From Ophelia neglecta (taxonomy: Eukaryota), in the NCBI GenBank assembly GCA_965285935.1, contig OZ260664.1, forward strand, positions 80,786,001 to 80,850,000: a stretch of DNA of 64,000 nucleotides, given 5' to 3'. The notes below the pieces were generated by a model. That model made no database searches and was not told the DNA's origin. It saw only the letters and a program-made list of their open reading frames with translations. A program made the translations under genes and the position numbers. This document shows positions 11,923 through 24,708 of this stretch, piece after piece; positions within the stretch are counted from its first letter, which is position 1, and every line of letters starts with the position of its first letter.

Positions 11923-14900
11923 CTGTATGATGGAGAAAGTAATTTATCATAAAAGAAATTTAGCATCACGACTGGTACGAGAACACGGTAAAACTATAAA
12001 TGATTAAATGATTTAATAGCAATACTTCTCTACCTGAGGTTGCTGACCAAACTCTTGTGGAAAACATCGGAAAGGCTGCCACTGGAAAACACCAACGATA
12101 CCTGAAACAGTTTACTCATTAAAGACAGCGGTCAAAGAAAGCGTTGACATTCCGAAATCGAGTACGGTGCCTACACAACTCTGCACCAGTGTCTCAATTT
12201 ATTGGCACCAATTTTACTTACAATTTTCACCACATTCACTGTGAACATAACATAAGCATGTGAGGCTGTGTCATTGAGGTCCTCCGTGTATTCCAAGTTG
12301 AGCACCTTGAAAGAAAGGCTAAATACTCTACTCTCAGGATCTGAAAGGTTCATCATACAAGATGGATGTTGTCGTTAACTCCATCGTTAATATGCATACT
12401 CTTTAAAAAAAATCTGAATCGTTCGTTTAACCCAACACCTATTTCATTTTCCACACCCAACTATTAATTAGTAAGCTATTGATAAAGAACCTAAATGCCC
12501 TTGAAATACACCCTGACAACATATTACACGATTACCTGTGACTGGAGTAGTGCCATGATCGTCAGCCACGTCGGGTGGTGCTGCCACGGATGATTTGGCT
12601 GGAATGATGTGACGGATTGACTGACTGTGAAAAGCTATGAAAGAAGCAACTAGCAGCCATGACGCTGACTTACAGCGATCGGTTATTCTAAAATAAAAGT
12701 AGCTCAAATACATCGCTTAAGATTCGTTTTTCTTTCAAATTAGCAAGAATGTATTAGAAACATGCATAGGTTTCTTTTCTTCCATTTCCATTTATTATTT
12801 TTAAGTGAACATACCCACGTAGTACACAAAGTAGCCCAAAGAAGCAGCCGCTCCAATGACACACAACGCACACAGAGTGGCAAACAAAATCTGGGTATGA
12901 AAGAGAACATTTTATTTCTTATGAAAACAATTCAATTTTTCGAAAGTTGTTAATATTCTTAGGCAACAAAATAGACTGATTCTGTCGAAATAGGAATAAG
13001 GCCTTTGCACTTACTTGAAAGCCTAGCCTATTTCTGTTAAGTCGTCTTTCTTGTGGCCAGGCGCTTGCCCTGTACAGGAAGGGACCCCCAGAATACCGTT
13101 CTCGAGATCGAGTGTAAGATTCCGTGGAGGATGTGTGGTGCCAGGACTGGAGACCAAATGGGGGGCCAGTCTCCCAACGCCAAGGAACTGACCCAAACTG
13201 CCTCTCGTATATCGGCTACACACAAAAAATTATTATAGAGAACACAATTTGAAGCAAAAAGAAAATATCTGTAAACTGCATTTATAATATTTAGTGTACA
13301 TGAATGATAGTACAACAGAGTACCGATGTGTCGGTCTGCCAAACCTTCTATGAAGACGCACCGTTACTTATGGAGAAGGGGCCATTCCTTTCCAATAAAA
13401 GTTTGTTACGATAAACTTAAATCAAAAAGTCAACATTATCTTTTCCTACATTTGGTCCAAACAAACATTTTCTTCTTCAGAAATTGAGAAACAAACTTTT
13501 TAAAATCGAATATGTCCCGCAAGTGCTTTTTATCTTAACCCCCCCCCCCCCTTCCCCATTATCTACGGGTGCGTCCCCATGCAAGAACAGTTTTTGCAAA
13601 TATCAAAGATTGCCATTGTGATATCGTTCACTGAACAAAGTAACCAAAGAATAACTTTAGGAGACGTTATTAATAATTATGCGCAAGTCAAGGGGCTGAA
13701 GTTTAGAATAGGGCCTAGATAAATGTATGCCATACATATCAATCCCGACAAGGCAAGCATACCGCCCAAATAGGTCAAGCCCGTTTGTATATCGTAGATA
13801 GTAAAACTGGTAAATTTTCAGTCTGGATACAGGAGTATAAAAATTTATTTGCGATATTTCTAGCAGTTTATTTTACTTATGATATAATATTTCATATAGT
13901 CATATAAAAGGTATAAAGATGAATACCAAAGATCCACTCTCCACTGAAGTATAGACACACTCCCGCCAGTACTGTAACATCCTGGCGTCGTTGAACTGTC
14001 CAGCATATGCATCTTCGCCATTTTCTTGTGGCGACGCTGTAAATATATCACCGGAGAAATTCTGAATCGCACAGGTGTGATTACGAAAATTATCGACAAA
14101 AAGTTCATTTCCTTAGACAAGTGTATGTAGGACAGACCATTTAACATTTCCAAAGTGTTGGCCAAAATGATGACACCGATGTAATAACCAAAATGTCCTA
14201 GATTTTAATCCTTTGAGATTTGGCGATAAAACCCAGCTAGTAGACAATTCAAAATTATTAGTCTGGATGTATCCATCGGCCATAATTAATTAGGAACAGT
14301 CTTCTCCGAACCCACAATAGGCAAATACACCGCATATAAAAGTATCAGGGTAAAGAATATTATAGCAATTACGATTAGAAGAGTCAACATTTCCATAATG
14401 CGAGTCAAACTACTGAACTAACGAGTCAGTTGCAAACTCTAGTCCAAAACCAAGCCATATGAGAGTCTATGATAAACTAGGCCCTCTTTATGTCATTTAT
14501 TTTCTTTATGAATATAAAACTGCAGTTGCGCTTTAAATGATGTTAACCCTGTCAAGTGAACCATGCATGATTTTAAAGAGCTGCACACGTGCAACTGAAG
14601 ACGGCCTGCATGCAGAAGTCTGAAATCGAGCCTAGGCCTATGTTGGTCGAGGCATGTAAAATTGGCTGACGCGTTGCCTTCATGGTAATCTTTGACTATA
14701 CCTATGCCTATATTTAAAGTTTCAAAGATTTAAACCGATTGCAAACTAAACATCCGTCTAACTGTCTCAAATAGCGACATATGCAGCGGCCAAGTACAAT
14801 CTCTGATCAGTATCGAGTGTAAATTTGCATAGTTAATTCATTTTAATAAAGTTCTTTTAAAATCAATTTAAACGAATTCCAAGATTTTCTTGTTGGTTGG

Positions 14901-16125
14901 CCGTGTCATATTTTATACTGTCACAGAATCTCGTCAAAAGCAACTTAGGCATAAATAGTTTAAGGCATGAGTGATATTTTACGCTTAACCTAAGGCTTGG
15001 GGGCCACGTGCATGTCTTTCATAATGGTATACCATCTTATGTTGCAGATAAGTGTTCAGTCACAATCAAAGCGTAACTGGTTCACTTTGATATTTTACAT
15101 CTGGATTATCAAAGAGATTGAAAACCCCCCTCCTCTTTAATGAGAAAGGTCCTATCCTTCACTTGTCTTGTGGTTTTCGGAGTCCCGGTATCCGGCGCTG
15201 CGCTGTCTAAATATCGTGACTTATTACTTCCAACTAAAGGCAATTTTACATAATGGCAGTTTGCTTCCTCGGCCTTATAAACTCTCTTGTTTTCCTATGT
15301 ACATTATAAGTACACTCGTATCATTCATCCATCCGAGCCAGGTTCTTTCTTTACTCAATGTCAATGACATTCTCATTGATCCATTCATAAACCCGTCTGT
15401 CGCTGGTTCCTTCGCTCATGTTTTCTTTCAGGATCACTTGAAGAACACACTCACGCTCACTTCCACACTGTACCAATGCCCGCCTTAGATCCGTACACAA
15501 TCCTTCTCGCATCTTAAGGTCTACTGGGTTTAACTAATGTAGTTGACTTTACTTTGTTTCAATACTTACACCAAGAAAATTAAAAGCCGCCTTAAAATTT
15601 ACAAGTCAGTGAACAATTGCCTTGAATAAGTAAATCTACCTTTTAAACTTTTTCGGAGACTTCTTTCGAAAGTCATTTATACAAAATGTTACAAAGGAAA
15701 CTTTTGATGCTAAAAGGCAGCATCCGTTACAAGAAATCCCAAAATTAATATGATACCGATTATTTACAATAGTATTATAACCCAGATATTGGTCTTTTGG
15801 CTTTTTAAACCTATACTTAGCATTCTTAGCTGTCTGGTTCTAGTTGTATACAAAAGTAAACGTTTCGGTACCTACCGTAACCAAAAGTAGGCCGAGAGGG
15901 TCTTCGACTAAATCCTTTTGGTAAGTTCAGAGAAGTTCCTCCGAGTCCCGCGCTGGCGCTCTGTTCATGGGTCCTTTGTGGGAATTGGGGATTGGGGGTA
16001 TGCGATGGTGCTTGGCTACTCGGGGGAGCACTCATCGGCATGTAGTGGCCAGGCCAACCCCTGAACCAAAAACGACCGGAGTTACTCAGTGGGCTGGAGC
16101 TGATAGAGGGCAACTCCATCGACAT
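3834..16125 (-). CDS. Type II transmembrane SEA-domain mucin-like protein (~3,000 aa), multi-exon
   Basis: Phase-compatible exons: 16125-15876 (MSMELPS...TFGY), optional 15523-15455, 14036-13927, 13215-13015 (ends ERRLNRNRLGFQ), 12890-12815 (TM helix ILFATLCALCVIGAAASLGYFVYYV), 12634-12536, 12340-12222 and 12101-12034 (SEA: RVFSLSFKVLNLEYTEDLNDTASHAY...SLVSNL), 11922-3834 (RGSVIVVMEIHF then the PTS tail). Without the optional exon the sum is 9012 nt, a multiple of 3. All introns are GT-AG. The 5' exons are less certain than the TM, SEA and PTS exons. Confidence 0.8.
6257..6566. repeat. 150-nt (50-codon) tandem duplication in the diverged mucin flank
   Basis: ggtagtaggtagcagtcttaaggtggtatttttagatcca at 6261 and 6411; the peptide TTIASETTNFRQPPSTIRSQTTSVIRPSSNTIGSPSATIGSKNTTLRLLP occurs twice. 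Confidence 0.9.
7250..10400 (-). repeat. Coding VNTR of the mucin: mosaic of 21-nt (TTTGSQT-type) and 36-nt (TTFRPPPTSTGS-type) modules, commonly as a 57-nt unit
   Basis: Near-identical recurrence of gagatccagtgctagtaggtggcggtctaaaggtagtggtttga and gagatcc(a/t)atggtagtagtttga. Higher-order duplication with 483-nt offset (identical plus-strand ORFs 8811-9086 and 9294-9569). Confidence 0.95.
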
Positions 16126-18265
16126 GGCTTACATCCACTTAGATTGCCTTCTTCACAGATGCATTTTTGCAGTCTTAAAATTCTTAAAAGTAGTTTTAAA
16201 AACTACCAATTCTTTCCATTTATCTTCCCGCGCATCTTGGACATACATATTCCTAAAGATTAATCTGTGTAGCTACGTCCAACTGCATTCTGACAATAAT
16301 TATATATATTTTCTCCCGAAATACAACCACTTAAGATCTTGATGAGCTCAATTGATGAATGATAGTCTGAGTAGTCTAAATCTTGACTGTCTTCACGCAG
16401 TGACAATGAACATCAACGCAGTAAATGTAAGTGACAATCTTGAGCTGAGCAGCCAATTCGGAGTCATGCAACATCCGTCAACAAGCTAGCTGAGCGTTCA
16501 GTCGGAGACTTCATGGCTTTCTATTGCAACACGCCAAATAGATAGCGACTGAGAAGATTGACTGTAATGTTGTATTATGCAGATAGGTATTGGCGTCCTG
16601 GCACCCTGGGTTATTGATTGGAATTGAATAACGGTAGATCACATTCGTCGAATAAGCGGACGGGCTAATTAAGTTTGTCAATAATTGATGGTACGAAGAT
16701 TTTAAAGTCTTGCCAAGATCATAAGAAACAGACGAGGTTTACCGCAATATCGAATGACAGTAGCCTAATCGTTTATTTGATTGAAAAAGTTTGACTGATA
16801 AGGCGTGCCGACAAAGATAGGTGTTGATCTTTTCTTTGACCTATTGAACTCTGACCTAGAGCGCCATGTTTCCATGCCGATTAATATTGGCACGTGATTA
16901 TGTTGGCATACAAGTTAGTTTCATGGCATTTAGGTATTTTCGGCCATTAAACTTAGATTAGTTACTGACAGCTGTTTGTTGTTTATGTGTATGGTAACTT
17001 TTAAATCATTAACTTTTCATTTCACCGTCCATTTTCGTATGTAAGTTGTACTATCGGAGCTGTCATTATTCTAGAGATGGCTTCGTGACCATTACTCCAT
17101 TTATCTATCAACTTACTAAATACTGGTAATGAGCAGTGATAATATCCTTCTTAATTATTTTATATTATAACATTAATTGTGCATGTAGGGTTTATTTCCA
17201 TTTCAATGTTTCAATTTTCACTTTTAGTATAAATTTCGTCCACCTATACCAAGTATTTGATTGAACATTATGACGTGTATCCACTTCCGTTTTTTAAAGA
17301 ATTCGTAACAATGCCGCACATTAGTGAAACCTATAGCTCAGCTACTGCGTCACGCTCAGTTTGCATCGAGACTTGAAGATAGAATTCCCAGGTCACACAG
17401 AAAGGAATTACGTACAAACCAAACGTGTCATTGTATTATCAACGTCTTCCTTTGCGAGCGATGTGCTACAACACCTGTGGGGTTCCGGTGTTACCGCCTA
17501 GAAAACTTTATCAAACCTTAAATGATTTCCTTTTTTAAGTCCTAATAGATTGTACAGCTTTTAAGCGGATCAGAACCATAAAACGTAAGATTTTCGAATG
17601 TCATAGACTTCATTTTAAAAGTACATTTGGTACGCCTACATTTCACCCGAAAATTAACAAGCATATCGCCGCCACTCTTATGAACATACATGTACTTTAG
17701 TATAAAATACGAAAACAACAAGCCAAGTAAACTACCTATGAATGATACTAATGGCTTTGAATATAGTTTTCACGGAAATAATAATTGTATAAAATAATGT
17801 TTTGTTCCTCTAATAATGATAGTTTATGTCGGTGGTGTTTGATAGCCAATTTTCAGCGGTGGAGCGCGGTAATTTATCACTGCATTGCTGCTATACTAGT
17901 CAGACGCAGTAATTCAACAAAATTATGATATAAATAAGTCTTCCAACGAACGAGTTCGGGTCGGGTCTGCGGACCAGTTCATCTTTAGTTGCGCCACTTT
18001 ATTTCAGATGTGATGAATATATTCAATGAGACCTATTTTACAATGACCAACTATTAATTTTACGCGGGAAGGCATAGCATAATTGTACACATTTACGTCT
18101 AGGTATAGTTATTATTGCTTAGGTTAATAAAAACGCCCGAGTCTGTAGGTTGTATGGAAACGTTTCTTCTAGGCAATTTTTTACTTGTATTACTAAACAT
18201 GCTTCCCATTTCTACGACCGTTGTGCCTCACCTGTAGAGTTCCCGTTCCTTTGGATTTTTAATAT

Positions 18266-18300
18266 ATGAATGAATGAATGAATGAATGTTTTATTAGTTT
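18266..18300 (-). repeat. (TGAA)n microsatellite preceded on the minus strand by AATAAA; probable LINE 3' tail
   Basis: Minus strand reads ...aataaaacattcattcattcattc, typical of L2/CR1-type tails. It may belong to the L2 remnant ~1 kb away. Confidence 0.45.
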
Positions 18301-19214
18301 AAGTAAATCAGTTATACATGATTAATAACCATTAGTTTTATAAGAGAATGCCCTGCGAATATAGTTTAAGACCTAACAGTAGTACACGTTCAAGCTTTGT
18401 AACGTGATCAGAAAAACAAAAATAACAAGCAAAACGTAACAAATTCAGATGGCAAAGACTTCTTTAATAAGTAAGCGTCATTTCGTGCAATTCCACCGAA
18501 ACTAAAATAACCCGCCTACATTGACGGTCACCATACTTTGGCATTAAATACGGAAATCAACAATATAAATACATAATTATAGCCAATCATAATTGTTTAA
18601 AACATTGTTTTTCTCGACAATTAGCCTATAACTATATATAACATTAAATGCTTAAAGTTCCTTTACAGGGATGGACCAACAATAACATTCAGCTATTAGC
18701 TCTTTAGTTTAAATATAATAAATGCTTTTATCGCCGTAAGTATGAATTAATATGTATGAAGATTAACAATAGGAAAACTGGCTTGTATTCAGACAAGGCC
18801 ATGGTAAGTTAAATTATCCAGTCAGTAAAGGACTTGAAGAAGAATATGTTGTTTTGAATAGCTTCCTATATAGTTTTGAGAACATAGCGACTAACGTTAC
18901 ACTTGACGACTTTCTCCGAGTAGCAATATTACCAATGAATATGCTGATGATCTTCAATGTTTTTTAGTTAGAGCAAGCTTTAGGCCTAGTGTATCTATAG
19001 ACAATGTAGGCCTGCTACTCAGGGTATTAGGGCCTACTATAATGACTATACATATTAACGAAAACTGATCTATAGATGATTACACATGTGCACCGGACCT
19101 TTTTGTGTAATAAAGGGACAACGAGTCAGACATGAAAATAAAATCAACATTAATCCTCAATGCCGAATTATTTCACGAAAATACAATATGAATGAAAATA
19201 TGTTATTGGCATTC

Positions 19215-20215
19215 CTAAAATAAGAAACTTTAAATTACGGTTAAAGTGTCCACTGATTTAGTATGGCGTATATTGTCCGGCAGTGCATTCCAGACTCGTT
19301 AAGCAGCATTCTGGAAAGCCATGTCTCCATCTCTTTTAGTTCTTGAATTTGACACTGAGGACGTTTAGGATGTGAAACGGAGTGACTGTGAGGGCGCTGA
19401 CGGTGTGATCAACTCCCCAATGTAGATGGGAGAAGTATCTTACACTAAAATACACAACATAAACCGCACCCTCCAAGCCACATGTAGCCAGCTGGTGGAG
19501 TTCGGTCAGAAAGTGTGCGAATTGGTCCCATTCCCTGCCCCCGACATGGCTTTGCGGCTGAATGGTGGATCCGCTGGAGCTGACCTATTTTGGAATTTGG
19601 CGATTAAAAGAGAAGGGAGTTCAAGTTGTCTAGGCGTGACGTGACAAATGCATGCACCAGTGTCTCAGTGGTCTCTTGCGTCAGGTATCTTAGAATGCGG
19701 GATATCTTGTGAAAAAGGCAGTGGGCTGAGTGACACACATGAGACAGGAGAATAACAAAATACATAACCGATTCAAAACATCAGTCGGGGGACAGAAACA
19801 GAGTGACATAGTAAATGGTGAAGAGTATGGGTCCAAGGACTGTATCCAGGGGAACACACTACTTGAGGCAGGCACTTTCTGATGTTGTACCAACCAGGCT
19901 TCCAGACTGAGTTCGCCCCGATAAATACGATCGGAACCACCTTATCGCCACTCCGGCTGTTTCTAGCCGGCCGGTAAGAAGTTCATGGTTCACAGTATCG
20001 AATGCGTCGCATAAATCCGGCCACAAGGCAAAAAAGCACATATTTTTTCTGATTGAACGCCTCCAAAACATCATTCTGGACTCCCAATAGGGCTGTTTCT
20101 GTCCCGTGAAAGTGCTTACAAGCCGACTGGAATGTTTCTCCCAGGGAAAACTCAACAATCCTCTCGATCAACTTTGAAAGAAAGGGTAAGATTAAAGACG
20201 TGTCGATGATTTGAT
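19215..20215 (-). mobile_element. Degenerate non-LTR retrotransposon (L2/CR1 group) ORF2 RT and C-terminal fragment
   Basis: Frame-broken motifs: LSKLIERIV, FQSACKHFHGTETALLGVQNDVL, DLCDAFDTVNHELL, AIRWFRSYLSGRTQ, VLGPILFTIY, ETLVHAFVTSRLDN, GDMAFQNAA*RVWNALPDNIR. Internally deleted, with stops. Confidence 0.88.
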
Positions 20216-20456
20216 TTCAAATATACATGAATGTTGAAACGTCATTCCATATACACACTGGGATAGAAGAATAGATGTTCTTAAATTCCAGACTGCGCTC
20301 TCAAGGAGTTTGCGGCCAGTTGGTTATATAGCCTCATACAAATTTAACGGCGATTGTCTTTCTGACACGGAATTAGTGGGAGTGACCAAAGTTCGTGATA
20401 TCTCCTCCTAGCTAAGATTTCTTACTCTGGGTCCGTTTTTGCTATCAATGGGGATG

Positions 20457-21746
20457 TTAAATCGTAGCAGTGGATACACTATCTGGAACCTCTGAAGTAA
20501 CAGATGGGGTGGGCGTTCTTGTGGTAAATGACGTTCCACTGCTTCCTCCATAATTGCTATCATATTTCAAATTCTTCCCCTGACTACATCCCAATACTCT
20601 CCTGGCGTCGCTGCGGAACTTGGAGCCGCCGATGCAGTAGAGAAAAAAGTTGACACTGCTATTAGTGATAAACATTTTCTGGGTGAAGTGGTAGGTAAAG
20701 AAGTAGGTAGCGAACGGTTCTGGCTCGACCGGAGGCATATAGATAGAATAGATGAAGTCCATGATCCAGGCTGGGACGGTCAGTAACAGAAAACCAATAC
20801 AGGTGGCCAACAGCAACACCATCATCTGGGCTTCTCGAGGGTCTTTTTTTACATCGAAAGGGTTCTTACTGGTGCTGTCCGCCCCGCTGCCGATTTTTTC
20901 ACGGCGTTTCCGATTTGCAACGACCACCGTACGGATGATGACGATGTTGGTGATCGAAAGGACTGAGTGTACAACAAGGAATATTAAGCAGAGTGTGACC
21001 CAGGAGTAGACGATGGAGAACATATCAGTAGGGTCCGACCAGATTAGACAGATGTTCTCTGGTTCTACCACGTCCATGGTGTACCATATTGGAGTGTGAA
21101 ACAAGACGGAAAACAGAAAGCCGAGAGCCACTACCAGCTTCGTGCGAGACATGGTCACCCAGACTCGAGCCTTGAGGGGTTTAGCTACAGCTAACAATCG
21201 ATCAATGGTCAGCGCTACTATCAAATATTCACCAAATGTTGAAAATGTTGTAAAAAACACGCCAGGAATTTTACATGTCCACGTGCTCATGTAGTTCTCG
21301 TGTACCGTCAAAGCCCAGTAGAGGACACTTACAGTGAGGACAATATTGTCCGAGAAAGCTAAAGCCGCCAAATACAAGGAACAGGGGAGTCTCTTGTTAG
21401 CTTTTAATGTCATCACTCTGAATGATATGCTGTTTCCGACCCAACCAATAACGATGACCACTGGCAGATAATATTTCTGCATATTCACCCCGATCTTAAA
21501 CCTCAATGTGCCTGCTACTTTATTTAAAAACTCTAACTGGGGATCTTCAGTTAAAGCATCATTCCTGGTTTTGAGGGTTGCGTCTTCATTTTCCGACCCA
21601 GCCGTGATCTCCAATCTCACAGTCATGGATGTTGGTGAACCATCAAAGCTACCGCTGGTACTGTTGGAATTATCATATAAGCCAAAAGTTGGCCTTACCA
21701 TCACTTGAAATAAGAATAGAATGAGGTACCACTGAGATTTTTCCAT
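20457..21746 (-). CDS. Class A (rhodopsin-like) peptide GPCR, FMRFamide/sex-peptide receptor-like (GPR139/142-type) family; coding region intronless
   Basis: Seven hydrophobic helices: TM1 GWVGN, TM2 LAALAFSD, TM3 LTIDRLLAVAKPL, TM7 NSSVNFFLYCIGGSKFR. The first ATG in the ORF is at 21746 (MEKSQWYLILFLFQV). Probable 5' UTR intron with acceptor near 21848 and donor gtaagt near 22140. Confidence 0.9.
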   Translation of the reverse strand: MEKSQWYLILFLFQVMVRPTFGLYDNSNSTSGSFDGSPTSMTVRLEITAGSENEDATLKTRNDALTEDPQLEFLNKVAGTLRFKIGVNMQKYYLPVVIVIGWVGNSISFRVMTLKANKRLPCSLYLAALAFSDNIVLTVSVLYWALTVHENYMSTWTCKIPGVFFTTFSTFGEYLIVALTIDRLLAVAKPLKARVWVTMSRTKLVVALGFLFSVLFHTPIWYTMDVVEPENICLIWSDPTDMFSIVYSWVTLCLIFLVVHSVLSITNIVIIRTVVVANRKRREKIGSGADSTSKNPFDVKKDPREAQMMVLLLATCIGFLLLTVPAWIMDFIYSIYMPPVEPEPFATYFFTYHFTQKMFITNSSVNFFLYCIGGSKFRSDARRVLGCSQGKNLKYDSNYGGSSGTSFTTRTPTPSVTSEVPDSVSTATI

Positions 21747-24352
21747 GGTCTTCAACAACAACGTAAAGCTCGTTCTGTTACATTTACGTCTAAATGTAAT
21801 GCCCTGGTCGGCCTTGGTCCAACAGTACGAGAGTTCGATTCTATCACCTGAATCAGATACACCAAATTTTAGTCCTGGTTTGACCACACTTTCACTAAAA
21901 GCATAATTAAATTAGTGAATCTATCAGCAGACCTGCCATAAATTATAATAGGCATAATTATAGCGAATCATTCCATTTGGTATTATGTACAGGTACTAAC
22001 GTATTCTGCTACTGGGAGTTTTACTCATCGTTATAGTGGTTATAGACACCATCGATCAGGGCGAAAATCAAATGAAACCCTTGGTGGCCATGGTCTAGGT
22101 CTATACAAAGTTATCAGAATCAAGCAAAAAATTGACTTACATGTATCCTTGGCTCTCACTCTTAATGCTCTGGAAATGACAGTCGGTGTGTTATGAGAAA
22201 ATCAGCAGACGAGACGGGCGTCGCCGTGTGAATGATGGTGCCAAGCCCAAGATGATGACACGCTGCTCCGCTGACGTTCTTATATTGCTTGACATTTGAT
22301 GTGTTGTAAACTCATGTCGTTTGCTTGCACTTTGATTTGTTAATTTGATATTATCACATCGTATAGTAATAATCACCAGGTTTTGTGAGTAGCAAAATAT
22401 TACATATAAAAACGTATTGGTGAACATTTGAGAGACTAACTTTAATAGTTATAATGAAAATAACTATATGGCCTGACAAAGGTTGCAACAGAAATACTAT
22501 AATTGGGGGCTACAAACATGAAGAGTTTACTACCTGTAATTTCATCACGCACCCCATAAAAGCGGCGGGTGGCCGAATTTAAGCATTATAAGCCTACACA
22601 ATCACCATATTTAGGGCATGGTATACATTGTACCTTTAGTGCGTGCATATGATCTATAGCCATTATGTGCATGGCAACGGATTGCACTGAAGACCTAGGA
22701 ATGTACTTACTCTTATAATCAAGCCTGCAATTTAAGGTTTCTAAATTTATTACATGGATTAACCTATATTTTCCAGAACACCCGCCTTTGTGACTATATG
22801 TTTACTTTGTCATAGCCTACCAATTCAGCCCCTGTAATGTTTCTTTGTCAATGATTTGTATCTGAGACGGTCAGTTGAATAAATCACGCGAACTGCTCAA
22901 AGAGAATTTACTCTTTTGTTATCCATTTGTCATGGTAACAAATAAAACGGTGAACTTTGAACGTTAATAATTGCTCTATATGACGTTTTTTTCTGAACAA
23001 TTTATTGTCACCTATAGTTCTTCACATCATCATAGATTATTCGGTTATTGCCGAATGAAATAGGCCTAAGATTAACTTTATTAACAACAATTTGAACAAC
23101 ATAGATCTATTATGTTGTCAAATTTGCCAACCAATGTGCCAATGCCCTTTTGGTAATTGGGCAGAAGTTTGGCCCTTATGTTGTACATAGGTAGATCAAA
23201 GTGAGAACCAACTACACTTGTTTCATGAACAAATGTATTCAATATCACTCGATACCGACACCGATTCATGTGCCCAGTCATTCAAAAGCCGCAAACCCTC
23301 GTAGATTGGGAATCGAAACAAGGCTTCGGAACTTTTCAGGTATTCAAGCCCGACAAATTCCAGCATCTTCCCAATATTAACTCCGAGAATTGTATAGACT
23401 AGCCATCCGTCTCCAAATCGATATCAATAATTAATAAACTGCATACGCCCGACAACTTTCAGGTATGGGGTCAATATCATGAATCTGCCCCATCTTCAAG
23501 CTTCTTCACAATAAATATATCTAATAGTTCGGACAAATCTAACGAACTTAACACCGCCTATTTGCCCATACCCCAGGCGACTTCACACTGGTAAACCCCG
23601 TTAGTCCGACAATGACCGGCCTGCCCATCCAGCTCCATCCATTCAACGTATATCCAGTCCGATAAATCAAGAACTATGTGTTGGGGGTAAAAGCTCAATT
23701 GTCGTCTGTTAATGAACTCTCCAATCTGCTAGTTACTTGCCGCCCCCGATAGAAGTATACTGCATGGGAGGGGGTATGCAGTGGAGAAAATACGCAGGGG
23801 GGGGGGGGAGTACCCAGGGGAGGAAGTAACACGTGAAGGGTGTACCCAGGGGCGGGGGTACGCAGGCTTAGTCATAACTATAGTCATATTAATACATTAT
23901 GTTTTTAGGGTGTCGGGAATTTATTAGCGCCCTTCCAACAACAATGAGCAGCCCTTTGCTGCATAAGCAGCCTCAGCTATGCTGGATATATCTGGCTCCT
24001 GTATTCAGGGCTGGGGTGTTTAACACTGGGCTGCGAGGGAACAATAGAATAACCCAGTGAGAATAACCCAAACCTAGTCTATGTGACAACCTGCTCTCAG
24101 TGCAGAGCCAGAGCAGCAGGGTGGTATCATACAGAGCGGTGGCACTTATCATACTGTTGCACTCTCTAGATTTGAGCAATGCCTATTAACTCTTTAGACA
24201 CAGTCGTGTAGACCTACTAGAAGATATTTTTTAAATCTGACAACATTTGACATTCTAAACAAATTATTAAGTCAAGGAACGCAACATTGAAGGGTTAAGC
24301 TTTTGCTTTTGAAAGTCAGTGGAAGGTATTCCCGGAAAGTTCCCTATTAAAC

Positions 24353-24504
24353 TACTGTAAAACCACTAGTATTTTTGCGAAAATTCAGGGCCTGTGAGTA
24401 CATATTGTAGGAAGTTCAAAAACACAAAATTTAAGGGGAAAATATAAGATGAGTGTCAAAACTACGAATATTAAAGGGCTGCTAAATATAAGGGTTTTAC
24501 AGTA
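24353..24504. mobile_element. 152-bp Tc1/mariner-type MITE
   Basis: Perfect inverted ends tactgtaaaacc ... ggttttacagta, including the TA duplication. Confidence 0.75.
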
Positions 24505-24708
24505 AGTGTCAGGAATAAATTATCATGTGTCCACATATTTTAGCTCCATGGAATACCACCCATGATATTAAGCAATTGATGAAATAGGGATAAATAACAA
24601 TTCATATTCAATTTTATTCATAAATAAATATGCATTCAATGTTTATGCAAATCACGATTATTACACAAACAATGCTAAATGAATTATGGAAGAAATGTCA
24701 ACTCTATT

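Noticed and set aside
11923-11969. ORF-track start of the 2711-aa ORF
   Set aside because: Intronic; the exon begins at the acceptor before 11922.
13860-14396. Hydrophobic ORFs (MEMLTLLIVIAIIFF..., 101-aa ORF) as a separate membrane protein gene
   Set aside because: Interrupted by stops in AT-rich intron sequence; the overlapping mucin exon uses another frame. A tiny ORF cannot be fully excluded.
21747-21887. 47-aa N-terminal extension of the GPCR ORF
   Set aside because: Non-ATG start that crosses a probable splice acceptor; the first ATG is at 21746.
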